Positions 48,270 through 60,236 of a DNA stretch of 64,000 bases are shown here, in pieces. The stretch's first letter is position 1, and every line of letters begins with the position of its first letter. The notes beneath the pieces were generated by a model. That model ran no database searches. It was given only the letters and a program-made list of their open reading frames with translations, and had not been told where the DNA came from. Made by a program: the position numbers and the translations under genes. Source of the stretch: Eledone cirrhosa (lineage: Eukaryota); NCBI GenBank assembly GCA_964016885.1, contig OZ024747.1, forward strand, positions 89,590,001 through 89,654,000, read 5' to 3'.

Positions 48270-49045
48270 GAATTGGTTTGGCAGCAGAGAACATTGAACA
48301 GAATGCTTTGTAATATATGTTAGTTCTTAAATTCTGCATTCAAATTCTGAGGTCAGTTTTGTCTTTCATCTTCTGGAATTGTTAAAATGAAGTACCAGTC
48401 ACATATTGGGACCAATTTAATTGACTAGCCCCTTCCCAAAAGTTCTGACATTGTCTATATGCTAGAAACAATTATTTAGTCTTATGGCAGTATTTGGAAA
48501 AGCAATGGCTTCATCCAAATAAGTTACAGAGTTCATTATTTCTGTAAAATTAAGGACAGTGGATTGGCAATATCGTAGCATAAAGTTGCATCTCTATGTT
48601 CTGAGTTCAAATCCTGCCGAGGTTAGCTTTGCCTTTAATCCTTACAGGGTTGATAAAATAAAGTACCAGTAATGCCCTGGGAGTGATTTAATTGACTTCC
48701 CTCACTGCCATATTTGTTTGCCTTGTGCAATCAGAAACCATTATTTCTGTAAAGATAAGGGTGGTGGAATGGCAATATTAGTAGAGCACCAGACAAAATG
48801 TTTTGCAATATTTAGTTATGACGGTTTTGAGTTCAAATCCTGCTGAAGTCAACGTCACCTTTCATCCTTCTGGGGTCAATAAAAAGTACCAGTTAAGTAT
48901 AGGTGACAAATTGGCAGAGTTGTTAGAATGTCATATAATGCTTTATGGTATTCATTCCAGCTCTCTCAGTCCAAATCCCACCGAGATCAACTTCACCTTC
49001 CATCTTTCCAAGGTTGATAAAAAAAAAGTACCAGGCTAGTACTAA
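48270..49045 (+). mobile_element. Cluster of four diverged family A SINEs
   Basis: Repeated (GAG)TTCAAAT(CC) B boxes and CTTTCATC...GATAAAA..AAGTACCAG cores at ~48340, 48603, 48828 and 48970. Confidence 0.8.
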
Positions 49046-49206
49046 GGCCGATTCTTTATTACAATAATTATTTCTGTAAAGATAATTTTATGTAGGATTC
49101 ATTGTATAAGTGCATATGATGTTAAGTATATAGATGTGTGTCGTATCAAAACAACTGGCTGAATAGCACAACAACTGATTCTGAATAGCAGGTTAAATAC
49201 TTTACA

Positions 49207-49245
<39 letters not shown>

Positions 49246-49884
49246 CAAGCTTCAGGACACTTATTTTTCTTTGTCACTTTGTCACTCCTATCCCACTCCC
49301 TCTATTAGAGATTCACTAAACCATTAATTCTTCAGACAGTGGATTTTTAAGTAATTTTTAGTCTAGGAAAACATCCTTCTGAATATTTATTAAATATTTA
49401 TGATACAAAAAGTAAGAAAAAAAAAAAAAAAAAAAAAAAAAAATTCTAAAATGTATTAGATATTGATTTCATTACATTTGTAATGTTTTCGGTTGAGAAA
49501 TCAATATGCTGTATCAATAACTATTAGTTGCTACTTCAATCATCACTCTAATACTGCCATCTTATAATGGTATAATCAGTATATTGTATTGTATGGATTT
49601 CCAGAGAACATTATAGCCTACTTCTTAAATAGGTTGATTTCTTTTGACTAATTACAATGTTAGTTTTTTGTAGGAGAAGGGTAAAGCTGATTGAATCACC
49701 ATTAGTGTATTATTGGTATTTTTATTTTATTGACTACAGAGAGTTGAAATTTTTTAAAAGTCAAGAGACCCTGGTGGGATTTAAACTTAGAATGTAGACT
49801 TATAAAACTAAATAATGTAAGGCATTTAATCTAATGCATTATCATTTTCCCTTCTTGAATATACAAGAGGTCGAGATTCTGATA

Positions 49885-50035
49885 TAATTGTTTCTACTTT
49901 AGGCACAAGGCCAGTAATTTTTTGGGGAAGGGAAAAATCGATTAAATCAACCCCAGTGCATTACTGGTACTTTATCGATCCTGTAAGGATGAAAGGCAAA
50001 GCTAACCTTGGTGGGATTTGAACTATGCTGTGAAG
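49885..50035 (-). mobile_element. tRNA-derived SINE family A
   Basis: ATTGTTTCTACTTTAGGCACAAGGCC...GGATGAAAGGCAAAG...GGATTTGAACT. Confidence 0.85.
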
Positions 50036-50051
50036 CATGTCAGATTCTGGT

Positions 50052-50163
50052 ATAATAATGAAAATTATTGTGTCCAGTGCTCAGGTGCACTACAACTCAT
50101 CAAAGGTGCATGTATAGTACATAGATTAATGTACCAAAGTCAGGAAACTGAACAGTGTACAAG

Positions 50164-50245
<82 letters not shown>

Positions 50246-50790
50246 GTGTGCATGGAGAGGGAATATCAGATGTAGTGTTAGCAAATTTCAGGAAAGCATT
50301 GAAGTTTTGAAGGATGCAGTGTCCCCACATCTAACAACTGATGCAGGTAGTTTGTTCCATGCTTCAACAACTTAGCATAAAAAAGTTTCCAAAAGTCATG
50401 GGAGCTGTACTGTTTTCTGATTTCAAAAGCATGCCCATGGGTGTTAGGCACAGAATTCAAAATGGTGCCCAGGGTTGTTGTTGGAAAGATGGTTAATGAT
50501 CTTCTGGGTGTCTACAAAGTCAGCTGCCAGACATCAGAGCTTTAATGTATCCATGCCCAGGGAAGCAAGGCGTCCAGAGTATGGTAGATGCCTGATGGAG
50601 CGTATTCGCTTGGTTGCAGGTCTCTGAACAGTTTCCAGGAGTTCAATATTCTGAGCAAGATAGTGGTTCCAGACTGGTGATGTATATGCTAAGTGTGGAC
50701 ACACCATAGCTATATACAGCTTTAAATAGATAGTTGGAGAGTGGCTGACAAAGGTCTTAAGTGATACTAAAACACCCACCTTCTTGACAA
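50052..50790 (-). mobile_element. CR1-clade LINE 3' fragment with internal (CA)n
   Basis: LYIAMVCPHLAYTSPVWNHYLAQNIELLETVQRPATKRI..LPYSGRLASLG and NTHGHAFEIRKQ are classic CR1 RT C-terminal motifs (RPHLEY..PVW.P, LE.VQRRATK, TRGH). Confidence 0.92.
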
Positions 50791-51347
50791 TTTTATGTTT
50801 AAATAAAAATTGTGAAAGTATGTTTGCCTATTGAAAGCTACTACAATGCAGGTTTAACTATAAGGCAAAGTTAACCATGGCAAGATTTGAAATCAGTCTG
50901 TAAAGGGATGTAACTATATGTCACAAAGCATGTTTTCTAATGTGTGTTAGGAAATAAATCTTAGAAGTTATTAGTTATTCAAACCTAACAAAATTGATTG
51001 TTTCTTATTTAAAAAAGGAAAAACTTTCAGAAAACGTTCCAAGTTTTCTTTGCATAACACATAACATAACAATAAACAAATGAATATTAAATATCAGAAA
51101 CTTGAAGACTCACTTTGTGTTATTAATGATAAGAAAGTTGTTACATTTCTTAAAATGTAAAGCTGCCAGTTGATATATCCTGTATAGAAGACAGAAGTAT
51201 AAATATTTGATAGTTGTCAAAAGTAGTTAGAAATATACCCAACTGTTTGTTTTTGGGTATTTTCAAAATAAATATTCAACCATAATTATATAACTCTAGC
51301 AGTCATTGTTGATCAACTTCTTGTCAATATTAGTGCTTATCTTCTTA

Positions 51348-51705
51348 GGGTGGTAGATTGGCAGAATCGGTGGAGCATCGGACAATATGCTTAAAGCATA
51401 GAGTTACGGCTCTTTATGATCTGAGTTCAAATCTTGTCAAGGTCAACTTTGTCTTTCATACTTATGAGGGTCGATAAAAGGAAGTACCAGTAATACACAG
51501 GAGTTGATTTAATCAACTTTCCCCTCCCCCAAAATTGCTGGCTTTGTGCCTAAATCTGAAACCATTATTATTCTTGAGGTTAACTTTGCCTTTCATCTTT
51601 ACAGGGTCTATAAAATGAAGTACCAGTAATGCACTGGGATTGATTTAATCGCCCCACCCCCACCCTCCAAAAAATGTTGGCCTTGTGCCAAAATCAGGAA
51701 CCAAT
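51348..51705 (+). mobile_element. Tandem pair of family A SINEs
   Basis: A box TTGGCAGAATCGG, B box GAGTTCAAATC; second copy is 5'-truncated from ~51572. Confidence 0.85.
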
Positions 51706-52434
51706 ATTAGTGCACACTTCTGGTCATTGTTTTTTCTGTTGCTATCTTAAATATGAAGGACTAAAAGTTTGAATTTGTTAGAATATAAAAATGCTAAAAA
51801 AGACTTCATAAAATATTTAAGTTGATTAGGTTTCTGTCGTGAATATTACCTTATTCTCAAAACAGCAATTTCTTAATGTTGTATCAACTTGAGAATTATT
51901 GAAAAGAAAAGGAATTTGTGTTTATGATGGGTGGGGTGTTTTGTTTCAGTGCATTAAATGAACTAAATGAAGTTGTGCCACTTAAAAATTCAAAGCAGAA
52001 TTGACAATTCTATGCACTGATGTTAGCTGTCTTGCAGGGAATTTTGTTGAGAACATAATGATGTTTTATTTCCCCCGATTCAAATTTTAACCTAGGTTTT
52101 ATATGTTAAGTTTGACTTACTAGAAAATCCTTTCAGCCATTTTCAAAGTTTCTTTCATCGTCTGTTAACACAAGTTAAATGCAACAGCTTGGCTAAATCC
52201 AATTAAATATCTTCACCAGGGAAATAGTGTAGCTGCTACTACAATAAGGATACAAAATTGTAACCCCAGCTATTAGGGATCTCATACTGCTATTGGCAAT
52301 TCAGTTGTCATATTTTTAACTATTAACATCCTGCATTGATTTACCAGAAAATATCTAAAATCAGGTTTTGTTAATTCAAATGTTTCTAGTATCCTTACCA
52401 GTAGATAGATTATGATGGTAATATGCAGAATTAA

Positions 52435-52558
52435 CCATTTAGCATTTAAACCAGCCACATCTCTCGCCTCATAGCATTTAAACCAGCCACATCTCTCACC
52501 TCTGTTCAAACCGGCCATAACTGGCCATTCATACTTATGTTAAGGTATTGTTCTCAAA
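52435..52558 (+). mobile_element. Truncated piggyBac-type MITE with internal duplication of its left end
   Basis: TTAA-CCATTTAGCATTTAAACCAGCCACATCTCTC; TAGCATTTAAACCAGCCACATCTCTC is present twice. Confidence 0.75.
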
Positions 52559-52959
52559 GTTCAATAAATAAAGTACTAATCCAGTACTGGGGTGGGGGTC
52601 GATTATCTCTTCCTTCTCTTTTTTCTCTCGAAGAAATCAACTACGTTTTGAAAAGGATGGGCTCCAGCAGTTTTAGAATACCCAACAAAGAATGGCAGTG
52701 CCCCAGCATGGCCTCAGATTGTTGACTGGAAGAAGTTATAGAGTAATATACCATTTGTCAAAACAGTGTCCCTATGAATCCATCAGGAGCTAAAGGGCTT
52801 CTGTTATCTGTCCATCTAATATAATAAATTGTAAATTTATTTTTGCTTTGCTTTTTCTAAGAAGGTTGTGACAAAATGAAATGAATAAGAATTGATACTA
52901 GATTGTAGATTCAGTTTATGAAAGTCATAGCTAGACTACAGCATTTACTGTCAATGCCC

Positions 52960-53147
52960 GGTGGATTGGCAGTATCAGTAGAGGGTCGGACGCCATGCTT
53001 TACAGCACAGTTACGTCCCTTTACAGACCGAGTTCAAATCCCACCGAGGTTAACTTTGCCTTTCATCCTTACGGGGTCGATAAAATAGAGTATCAGTAAT
53101 ACACTGGGATATTTGCTGGCCTTGTGCTAAAAGTAGAAACAATTATT
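52960..53147 (+). mobile_element. tRNA-derived SINE family A, well-preserved copy
   Basis: TGGCAGTATCAGTAGAG (A box), GAGTTCAAATCCC (B box), core TTTGCCTTTCATCCTTACGGGGTCGATAAAA, tail GGCCTTGTGCTAAAAGTAGAAACAATT. Confidence 0.92.
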
Positions 53148-53319
53148 AAAACATCAGTAAATAATTAATAGTGATGTCTCTATAGGATAAAAAAATTATC
53201 TCGAACATTTTTTTTATAAAGTAATCTTTGAAAATATGTCTCTTGAAATCTTGACTTGATAATTTACTTAGTAAAGAAGAAAGCTTAAGTTAACTGTTAA
53301 AAATAGATTAGATTTTATT

Positions 53320-53545
53320 TTAGACATGTGATGTGCATGGATGGTGATCGTTGGGTGAAGAAGTGCCAAGAAATCCCAGTGGAAGGAAACCTCAGTAGAG
53401 GAAGGCCAGGGAAAACCTGGGCAGAGGTGGGGAGAGCTGATCTTAAATCACTGAAACTCACAGTGGAGATGTCAAAAGATAACATGTGGAAGAGATGCTG
53501 TCCAACCCATGCAAGCATGGAAAAATAAATGTAAAAATGATATTA
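53320..53545 (+). mobile_element. RTE C-terminal fragment with 3' tail
   Basis: HVMCMDGDRWVKKCQEIPVEGNLSRGRPGKTWAEVGRADL, followed by CCAACCCATGCAAGCATGG. Confidence 0.85.
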
Positions 53546-54495
53546 CAACAACCTACCTCTAATGAATGAGTTTTTATGTGGCTGTTCAGCATGCTAAAAA
53601 CAGTAGCTAAATTCTATTATAAATCACTATCTTTAAAGAAATAAAAGAAGGTCAAAAGGATAAGGAAATCTGAGGTAAACTGTCTGCACCATCTGGATGG
53701 TTGCAGTGGATAATATGAAATCCTAGGTTCACTTTACCTAAAACAACTGATGTGATAGTGTTGGAACACCCTTAATCATAGGTTTACTGAACCAGGTCTA
53801 CCTTGAGTTAAACAAATTAACATCAAAATGTTAGTACTAGGACGCTCCTGATATCATTTAAACCAACTTCAGAATAACAGGTACATAATTATCTACCAGT
53901 TTTACATCAATCCACACAAGATGGGCGAGACAAGTTGTCAGTTCAAAACCAGATGAGACAGAACAGAGTTATCCCATCTTGCTCGTATGTTCCATATTTG
54001 ACATGGTTTCTATAGCTAGATGCCCTTCCTAATGCCAACCACTTTACAGAGTGTACTGGGTACATTTAAGGTATGATTCCAGATAAATTATAAATTAAGA
54101 GCTAAGATTTTTTAAAGAAAGAATATTAGATGTTAACTGTTTCATTAGAATATTTATAACAAAATAGACAATATTTGAATAAATTAAGAGTTTTGAGATA
54201 TTTACTAAAATTAAAAATTATTTCATAAAATGGTATTCGTAAGATAACTTAATAAAAGGTTAATATTTCAAATATTGTTGGAAATATAAATAGAAGCTAT
54301 TTAAAATATGTAGTTTTGTTTTATAAAACCAGAGATGGTTAATTAAAAGATTCTAATTTAAATAGAAGCCTGGTTCATATATTTGACAATGGGCAGATCA
54401 AATCTAGAAAGATATCAAAAATACCTGCAGAATAAATATCAACTTCTCAGTTTATAAATATATAGTTTTGTTTATTTCAAAGACATTTACAAAAA

Positions 54496-54677
54496 ATAAT
54501 TGTTTCTACTTTAGGCACAAGGCCAGCAATTACCCAGTGCATTACTGGTACTTTATTTTATCGACACGTAAGGATGAAAGGCAAAGTCAACCTCGGCGGG
54601 ATTTGAACTCAGATCGTAAAGGGACGTAACTATGCTGGAAAGCATGGCGTCCGACCCTCTGATACTGCCAATCCATC
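54496..54677 (-). mobile_element. tRNA-derived SINE family A
   Basis: Reverse complement of the 52960-53147 consensus. Confidence 0.9.
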
Positions 54678-54921
54678 TATAATGAAGAGAATTATAAGTG
54701 ATGGTCAAACACACAACTGTGTTCACAGGCATATGTATACGCAAACACATATACACAAACACATATGCATGCATAGACACATATACACAGATGGACATAC
54801 ATGTATAATCACACATACATGTGTAAAGTCACAGCCACATGCACATACACAATCGTACATGTTCATATACACAGACATGTACACACGCGACTACAGAAGC
54901 ATGCATTCTTATATATAATAC

Positions 54922-55364
54922 ACACACCTCTCCAAGACAATGTCACTGGACTGAGACCTTTGGCGGTACTCAGTAATAGAGAAGACCCGCCTTACCTAAA
55001 AACAAAGTAAAATCTACTACAGTCAGTAGGCATCTCTAACAAAATACACCCCCGTCCCACCAACCCCACCCCATCCACACCGCCCCTTTCAATGTAAAGT
55101 TATGTTGGTGTCACAACATTCAGGCCGAAACAAATGAGATTGTGTAGGTGTCACGACAAAAAAACAGTCCACGCTGTAATGTGGCCGTGTAGGCAACACG
55201 GTAAAAACCTCCCAGCCCCACACTGTAAATGTGGTTCGTGTTAGGAAGGGCATCCAGCTGTAGAAAACCCGCCAGGCAGTCCTATGCGAGCAATGACAAC
55301 CACTCTTGTCCCAAGTGGGAAAACTCCCGTCCAAACCCATGCAAGCGGCGGCGGCGGCGACGAC
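54922..55364 (+). mobile_element. 5'-truncated copy of the 5897-8966 RTE family (last codons plus 3' UTR)
   Basis: Aligns along its length to the reverse complement of ~5930-6355 (CTCTCCAAGACAATGTCACTGGAC, CTCTAACAAAATACACCCCCGTCCCAC, GTTAGGAAGGGCATCCAGC). Confidence 0.92.
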
Positions 55365-55639
55365 ATATATATATATACACACACACGTGGCTACAGAAAC
55401 AAACATGCATTCTAACACACAACTACAGAAACATGTATTCTTATACACGCACGTGACTATAGAAACACGCATTGTAATACACACGTGACTATAGAAACAT
55501 TCTAATAGATGCTCACACACACACACACACGCATGAAGTTACATGCTGGCTTGCACACTTATAGCGATTGTTATTTCTTTTTCCTTTTAATTTCATTAAA
55601 ACTTGGATGTTTTGGAAAGATAAAAACAAAACTGAATAA

Positions 55640-55860
55640 TGAAGAGACTAGGGAGGGGTAAAGAAAGGCAGATCTGGCTGTAGAGGACAGTAGGGGGAGA
55701 AGAGGGGAGAGAGAAGAGGGAAGAGGGAAGAGGGGAGAGAGGAGAGGGGGGATAGGAGAGGTGGATAGGGGAATAGGAGAGGGGTATAGGAGAGGGGGAT
55801 AGGGGAGAGAAGAGGGGGAGTACAGTAGGGGGGGGGGGAGTAGGGGGCATTAAGGGGACA
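55640..55860 (+). repeat. Purine/G-rich low-complexity tract
   Basis: Repeated GGGG(A/G)AGA runs. Confidence 0.8.
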
Positions 55861-56711
55861 GGATTATAACTACCATAAATGAAAGGCAAAAGGAGGGCAA
55901 TACAAGAATTGTTGGGCCTCAGAAGAAAGGGAGAAAGAAGGGGAGCAAGTGATAGGTTCTATGCCTGGGGTGGGGCAGTGTTTGGGCTGTGCTCTGGACA
56001 AAACTGCAACAGCCACCCCACCCCGTGGGTGGCTGATGGAGAAGTTTCAGGTGAACTTTACATGAGTTAGCACATCTGGTTTTACTAAATCATTCAGAGA
56101 GATAAACTACACACATACATACACAGCCATGAACAAAGACACGCACATAAATACAGACACCCATACACAAATGTACACATACAAACATGCCAGAATGCAC
56201 ACACACACACACAAGTACAGAGACAGAAACATGCAAGAGTACACACACATAAACAAGTGCATACAGACATGCAAGAATACACGCACAGATACACAAGTAT
56301 ATATATATATACACCACATAGACATACAAGAATACAGGCATACACGCACACGTTTACTACATGCACAGACATACACACAAACAAAAAATGTAATGCTGGA
56401 AGTTTGAGAGCAAGATAAATAGCAGCTACAAGAAACAGCTGGTCCCTTACAGAGCAAAAATGACCAATAAAATACAATAATTCCACAATTAATTTAGAAA
56501 TGTAAAAGTAGATCAAAGAAAAGTTCTTATTGAATTTGTTCAATCAAGCATAAACACATATACACAAACACATATGCATGCATAGACACATATACACAGA
56601 TGAACATACATGTATAATCACACATACATGTGTAAAGTCACAGCCACAATCGTACATGTTCATATACACAGACGACTACAGAAGCATGCATTCATATATA
56701 TACATATATAT

Positions 56712-57108
56712 AACGGAGGAAATGTGGTAAGGAACCAGGTGGACCATAACGCACCAAAGTACTGAATACTTAGGGTAATTTACCCCTTATTGTTCTACTT
56801 ATTGTTTCGACTTCCTCCCCCTCCCTAGTATCTTCTTTGACCTCATGCCCAGCTGTAGGCGGCACGATCAACGCATGAATGGGTCTCCTCCACCCCCTCA
56901 CTCTTTCTCCTACTGGCAGGTTTAGCTACCCCTTCCCTCCACAAATTGCCATATAGAATTATTATGTCTCAACAACAAACTTTTGACCAATCCTTGTGAC
57001 AATCACGTTGACCATATATGGAATTACCCCTTGAGAAGCTCGGCTATTCAAATACCAGGATAAAAATTTTCATTTAGTCCAGAATTAGCCGTCAGGGTCC
57101 TACTCGTT

Positions 57109-57110
<2 letters not shown>
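56712..57110. mobile_element. Unclassified ~400-bp insertion into a (TA)n site
   Basis: Bounded by TA runs on both sides; absent from the paralogous copy of the local duplication (54740-55612). Confidence 0.5.
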
Positions 57111-57153
<43 letters not shown>

Positions 57154-57966
57154 GCATGAAGTTACATGCTGGCTTGCACACTTATAGCGACTGTTATTTC
57201 TTTTTCCTTGTAAGTTCATTAAAACTTGGATGTTTTAAAAATAAAATATAAAATATAAAATATAATACAATACAATACAAAAAAAAAAAAAAAAAAAAAA
57301 AAAATAAAATAAATAAATAAAAATAAGTGAGTGAGTGACTGTTTATGAAAATGCAAACGTGTATATTTATGTATGTGTATGTCTTTTACTCGAGTTTATT
57401 TTGACTAGCCAACTTCCCAGTGGCAAGGTTGTAAAGAAATGTAGATGTTCCTTATCCCTTGTGCAATTGATCAACCTCCGAATCATAAAAATATCTTACA
57501 GCTCTTGAATATTCCAAGTATCGCGGAAGCTTATAAACTAAAGACAAATCTTTCTAGACAAATCTAATTTCAGTCATACTTTGGTCAAGGTGACATGGTA
57601 TATACGAAACTAAACCTGTATTTTGTGTACTGGAATAACTAATCATCCTAGTGGGCGTTACCTGAAACATTGGTTTGGCGAGCCGCTGCCAATGATAAGA
57701 ATCTCGTTGTCAGCGGCTCAGTTTTTTCTCCAAACGTCTCGAACACTACAGGCTGCAACAAATAGATTACCGATATTTCCTGGCATTTTAAAATGTTATT
57801 CTGTTCTGCTACTGATGCAGTGACCCTCAACTTCGTCACGCCATCCAAGATGAGTGAAAGAACAAAAGAAACATCTGCCTCTGAAGTAAAGAGTAAGACC
57901 ATCAGGTCTCTTCTTCCAAACAATAGAAACGTAACAAATCTTTTATCCACAGTCGCACAAAAATAT

Positions 57967-58141
57967 AATTGTTTCTACTTTTGGCACAAGGACACCAATT
58001 ACCCAGTACATATCTGGTACTTTATTTTATCGACCCCGTAAGGATGAAAGACAAAGTTATCCTTGGCGGGATTTGAACTCAGAGCGTAAAGGGCCGTAAT
58101 TGTGTCAGGAAGCATGGCGTCCGACACTACCGATACTGCCA
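57967..58141 (-). mobile_element. tRNA-derived SINE family A
   Basis: TTTATCGACCCCGTAAGGATGAAAG...GGCGGGATTTGAACTC...CCGATACTGCCA. Confidence 0.9.
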
Positions 58142-58294
58142 AACAAAAATATAATATAATGCTTACAGAACGAAAACACAAACGCATAATATATACAAAG
58201 GACCGATCGACTTTCGTCAAATCGGACCGAGGAAACAATGTTTACGTTGCTCTTTCCAGTTGCTAGTACTATCTATCGGTCGCAACTCCAGGTA

Positions 58295-58411
58295 GAAGGA
58301 GCAACGTGAAATAAAGTGTCTTGCTCAAGGACATAACGCATCACCCGGTCCAGGAATCGAACTCACCTCAAGATTGTGAATCCAATTCTCTAACCACTCA
58401 GCCACACGCCT
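58295..58411 (-). mobile_element. CORE-type SINE, 5' half
   Basis: GGAGCAACGTGAAATAAAGTGTCTTGCTCAAGGACA...GGAATCGAACTC...TAACCACTCAGCCACACGCC. Confidence 0.88.
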
Positions 58412-58968
58412 TCACTAATATATACAAATAAACGCATTGAAGAGATAAAGAAATGGGTGGGGGCGGGGACAATTCACTACCAAGTGCGACAATCGGCCGC
58501 ACATCACATAAGGGTTAACTAAACACTGAGGCAAGCCAATACGCTCACAGCGTGGCCACGGGTGATGGCGAGTCTAAGCCACTAAAACAACCTGGCACCC
58601 CCTTTTGATTTCTATGAAATTTTCTTTGCTGATATGCAAGTCTACCATTGTAGACCACAATTCTTTTATTAACGAGATATGTGCGGTATTTTGATGAGAA
58701 AATTGTATCGAAAGAATAAATATTCACTGCTATGAAATCATATTTTGCGAAAAATCTACTCATGAACAATAATGTCGTCAGCGTTACTAAGGGAACCGGT
58801 TTCGAGGGTTTTATTACGTATTTGAAGGAGAAGCAGCCGCCGAACATTATTTTGTATTCATTGTGTAGTGCATGCTGCTATCTCCTTATATCTTATGACA
58901 TTCGGCTATAGGCTTGTGAATCATTTTCAAAAAACAATTTTTTCGAAAATCTCGGAAAGGTGGAGACT

Positions 58969-59457
58969 TAATTGTTTCTACGTTTGGCACAAGGCCAGCA
59001 ATTACCCAGTGCATTACTGGTACTTTATTTTATCGACCCCGCAAGGATGAAAGGCAAAGGCCGTAACTCTATACAATGGTTTCTTATATGGGCATACGGC
59101 CAGTAATTTTGGGAGAGGAGAAAATCGATTAAATCGACCCCAGTGGGTGACTGGTACTTTATTTTATCGACCCCGTAAGAATGAAAGGCAAAGTTAACCT
59201 CGGCGGTATTTGAACCCAGAATGGCAAGGGCCGTAACTCTATACAATGGTTTCTTATATGGGCATACGGCCAGTCATTTTGGGAGAGGAGAAAGTTTATT
59301 AAATCGACACCAGTGCGTGACTGGTACTTTATTTTATCGACCCCGTAAGGATGAAAGGCAAAGTTAACCTCGGCGGGATTTGAACTCAGATCATAAAGGG
59401 CCGTAACTGTGTTGCAAAGTATGGTGTCCGACTATCTACCGATACTGCCAATCCGCC
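58969..59457 (-). mobile_element. Head-to-tail trimer of family A SINEs
   Basis: Three TTTATCGACCCC..GATGAAAGGCAAAG cores; an identical junction is repeated with a 170-bp period. Confidence 0.9.
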
Positions 59458-60195
59458 TGTTAATAATAAAAATAAAGAAAGTTTTTAAGCACCAGGTCAA
59501 AGAATCTAAGTAACAAGCATAATTTCAGCTCATCTTGTGTACTCAATGCGAGGGGCTAACAAATAATTTCAATATATTAAGGAATGTAATGTTTTACCTT
59601 GACTAAAATATAATGGGCGGTAACGAATATTTTACCTCTACAAAAGTAACACAAGAACGTTGTCTGTAAACACGTTGACTAGCACTGAGCTAAACCATAA
59701 TTCTCAACAAAATATCTTTGTTGCTGTTTAGAATTATTACTGCAAAGAATGCTAACTAAAAAATATTTAAAAAAAAAAAACACAGCAGAAATATTTAGTG
59801 AAAATACCTACAGAAAATTTATTACGCTAAAAGTGTTTACGGCAAAAGTAAATAGGCCATATTTTCTTATCACGAATGTAAGCAACCAGTACTTACATTG
59901 AAAACGATTTAAACGGTTCCAGCTTTGGCCTTTCTCTCACGTGCTTCTACCATATCCATGAAAAAGCATTTTCTTCAGTCCATGAATCAATTTACTGTCC
60001 TCCCTAATTCCAAAGCCAGTCAAATAGAATATAGTTTATGTTCAGCAGTTTCCAACTTCCTATCACCAAGTATTCTTTTTATTTAAATGTATTATCCTTC
60101 AGAGTCTAGGATTTTAAATGTTAGTTCAATAAAACGACAAACAGAGGTACAACAAGTCTTATTAGTTTCATGCTTTATATGGAAAAGGGGAAAGA

Positions 60196-60236
60196 AAGTT
60201 CAACGTGTCGGGCTTTAGCCCTTCTTCAGGAGTACA
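60196..60236 (-). ncRNA. Minimal hammerhead remnant (Penelope-type)
   Basis: Minus strand CUCCUGAAGA-AGGGC-UAAA-GCCC-GACA-CGUUGA. CUGAAGA core and stem II are intact; GAAA is mutated to GACA and the cleavage triplet is imperfect. Confidence 0.55.

Larger units (their letters stand above)
57640..58860. promoter_or_regulatory. Putative CpG-retaining promoter / first-exon region
   Basis: Unique sequence visibly richer in CpG than the 1-53 kb background. GC box GGGCGGGG at ~58461, CCAAT at ~58536, minus-strand donor CAG|GTAACG at ~57656-57664. Confidence 0.4.

Noticed and set aside
52960-53050. tRNA genes (A and B boxes here and in many similar copies)
   Set aside because: They are heads of multi-copy SINEs continuing into a shared core and tail; no complete cloverleaf seen.
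57648-57950. 100-aa ORF as a protein-coding gene
   Set aside because: No recognisable domain; kept only as a possible first exon.
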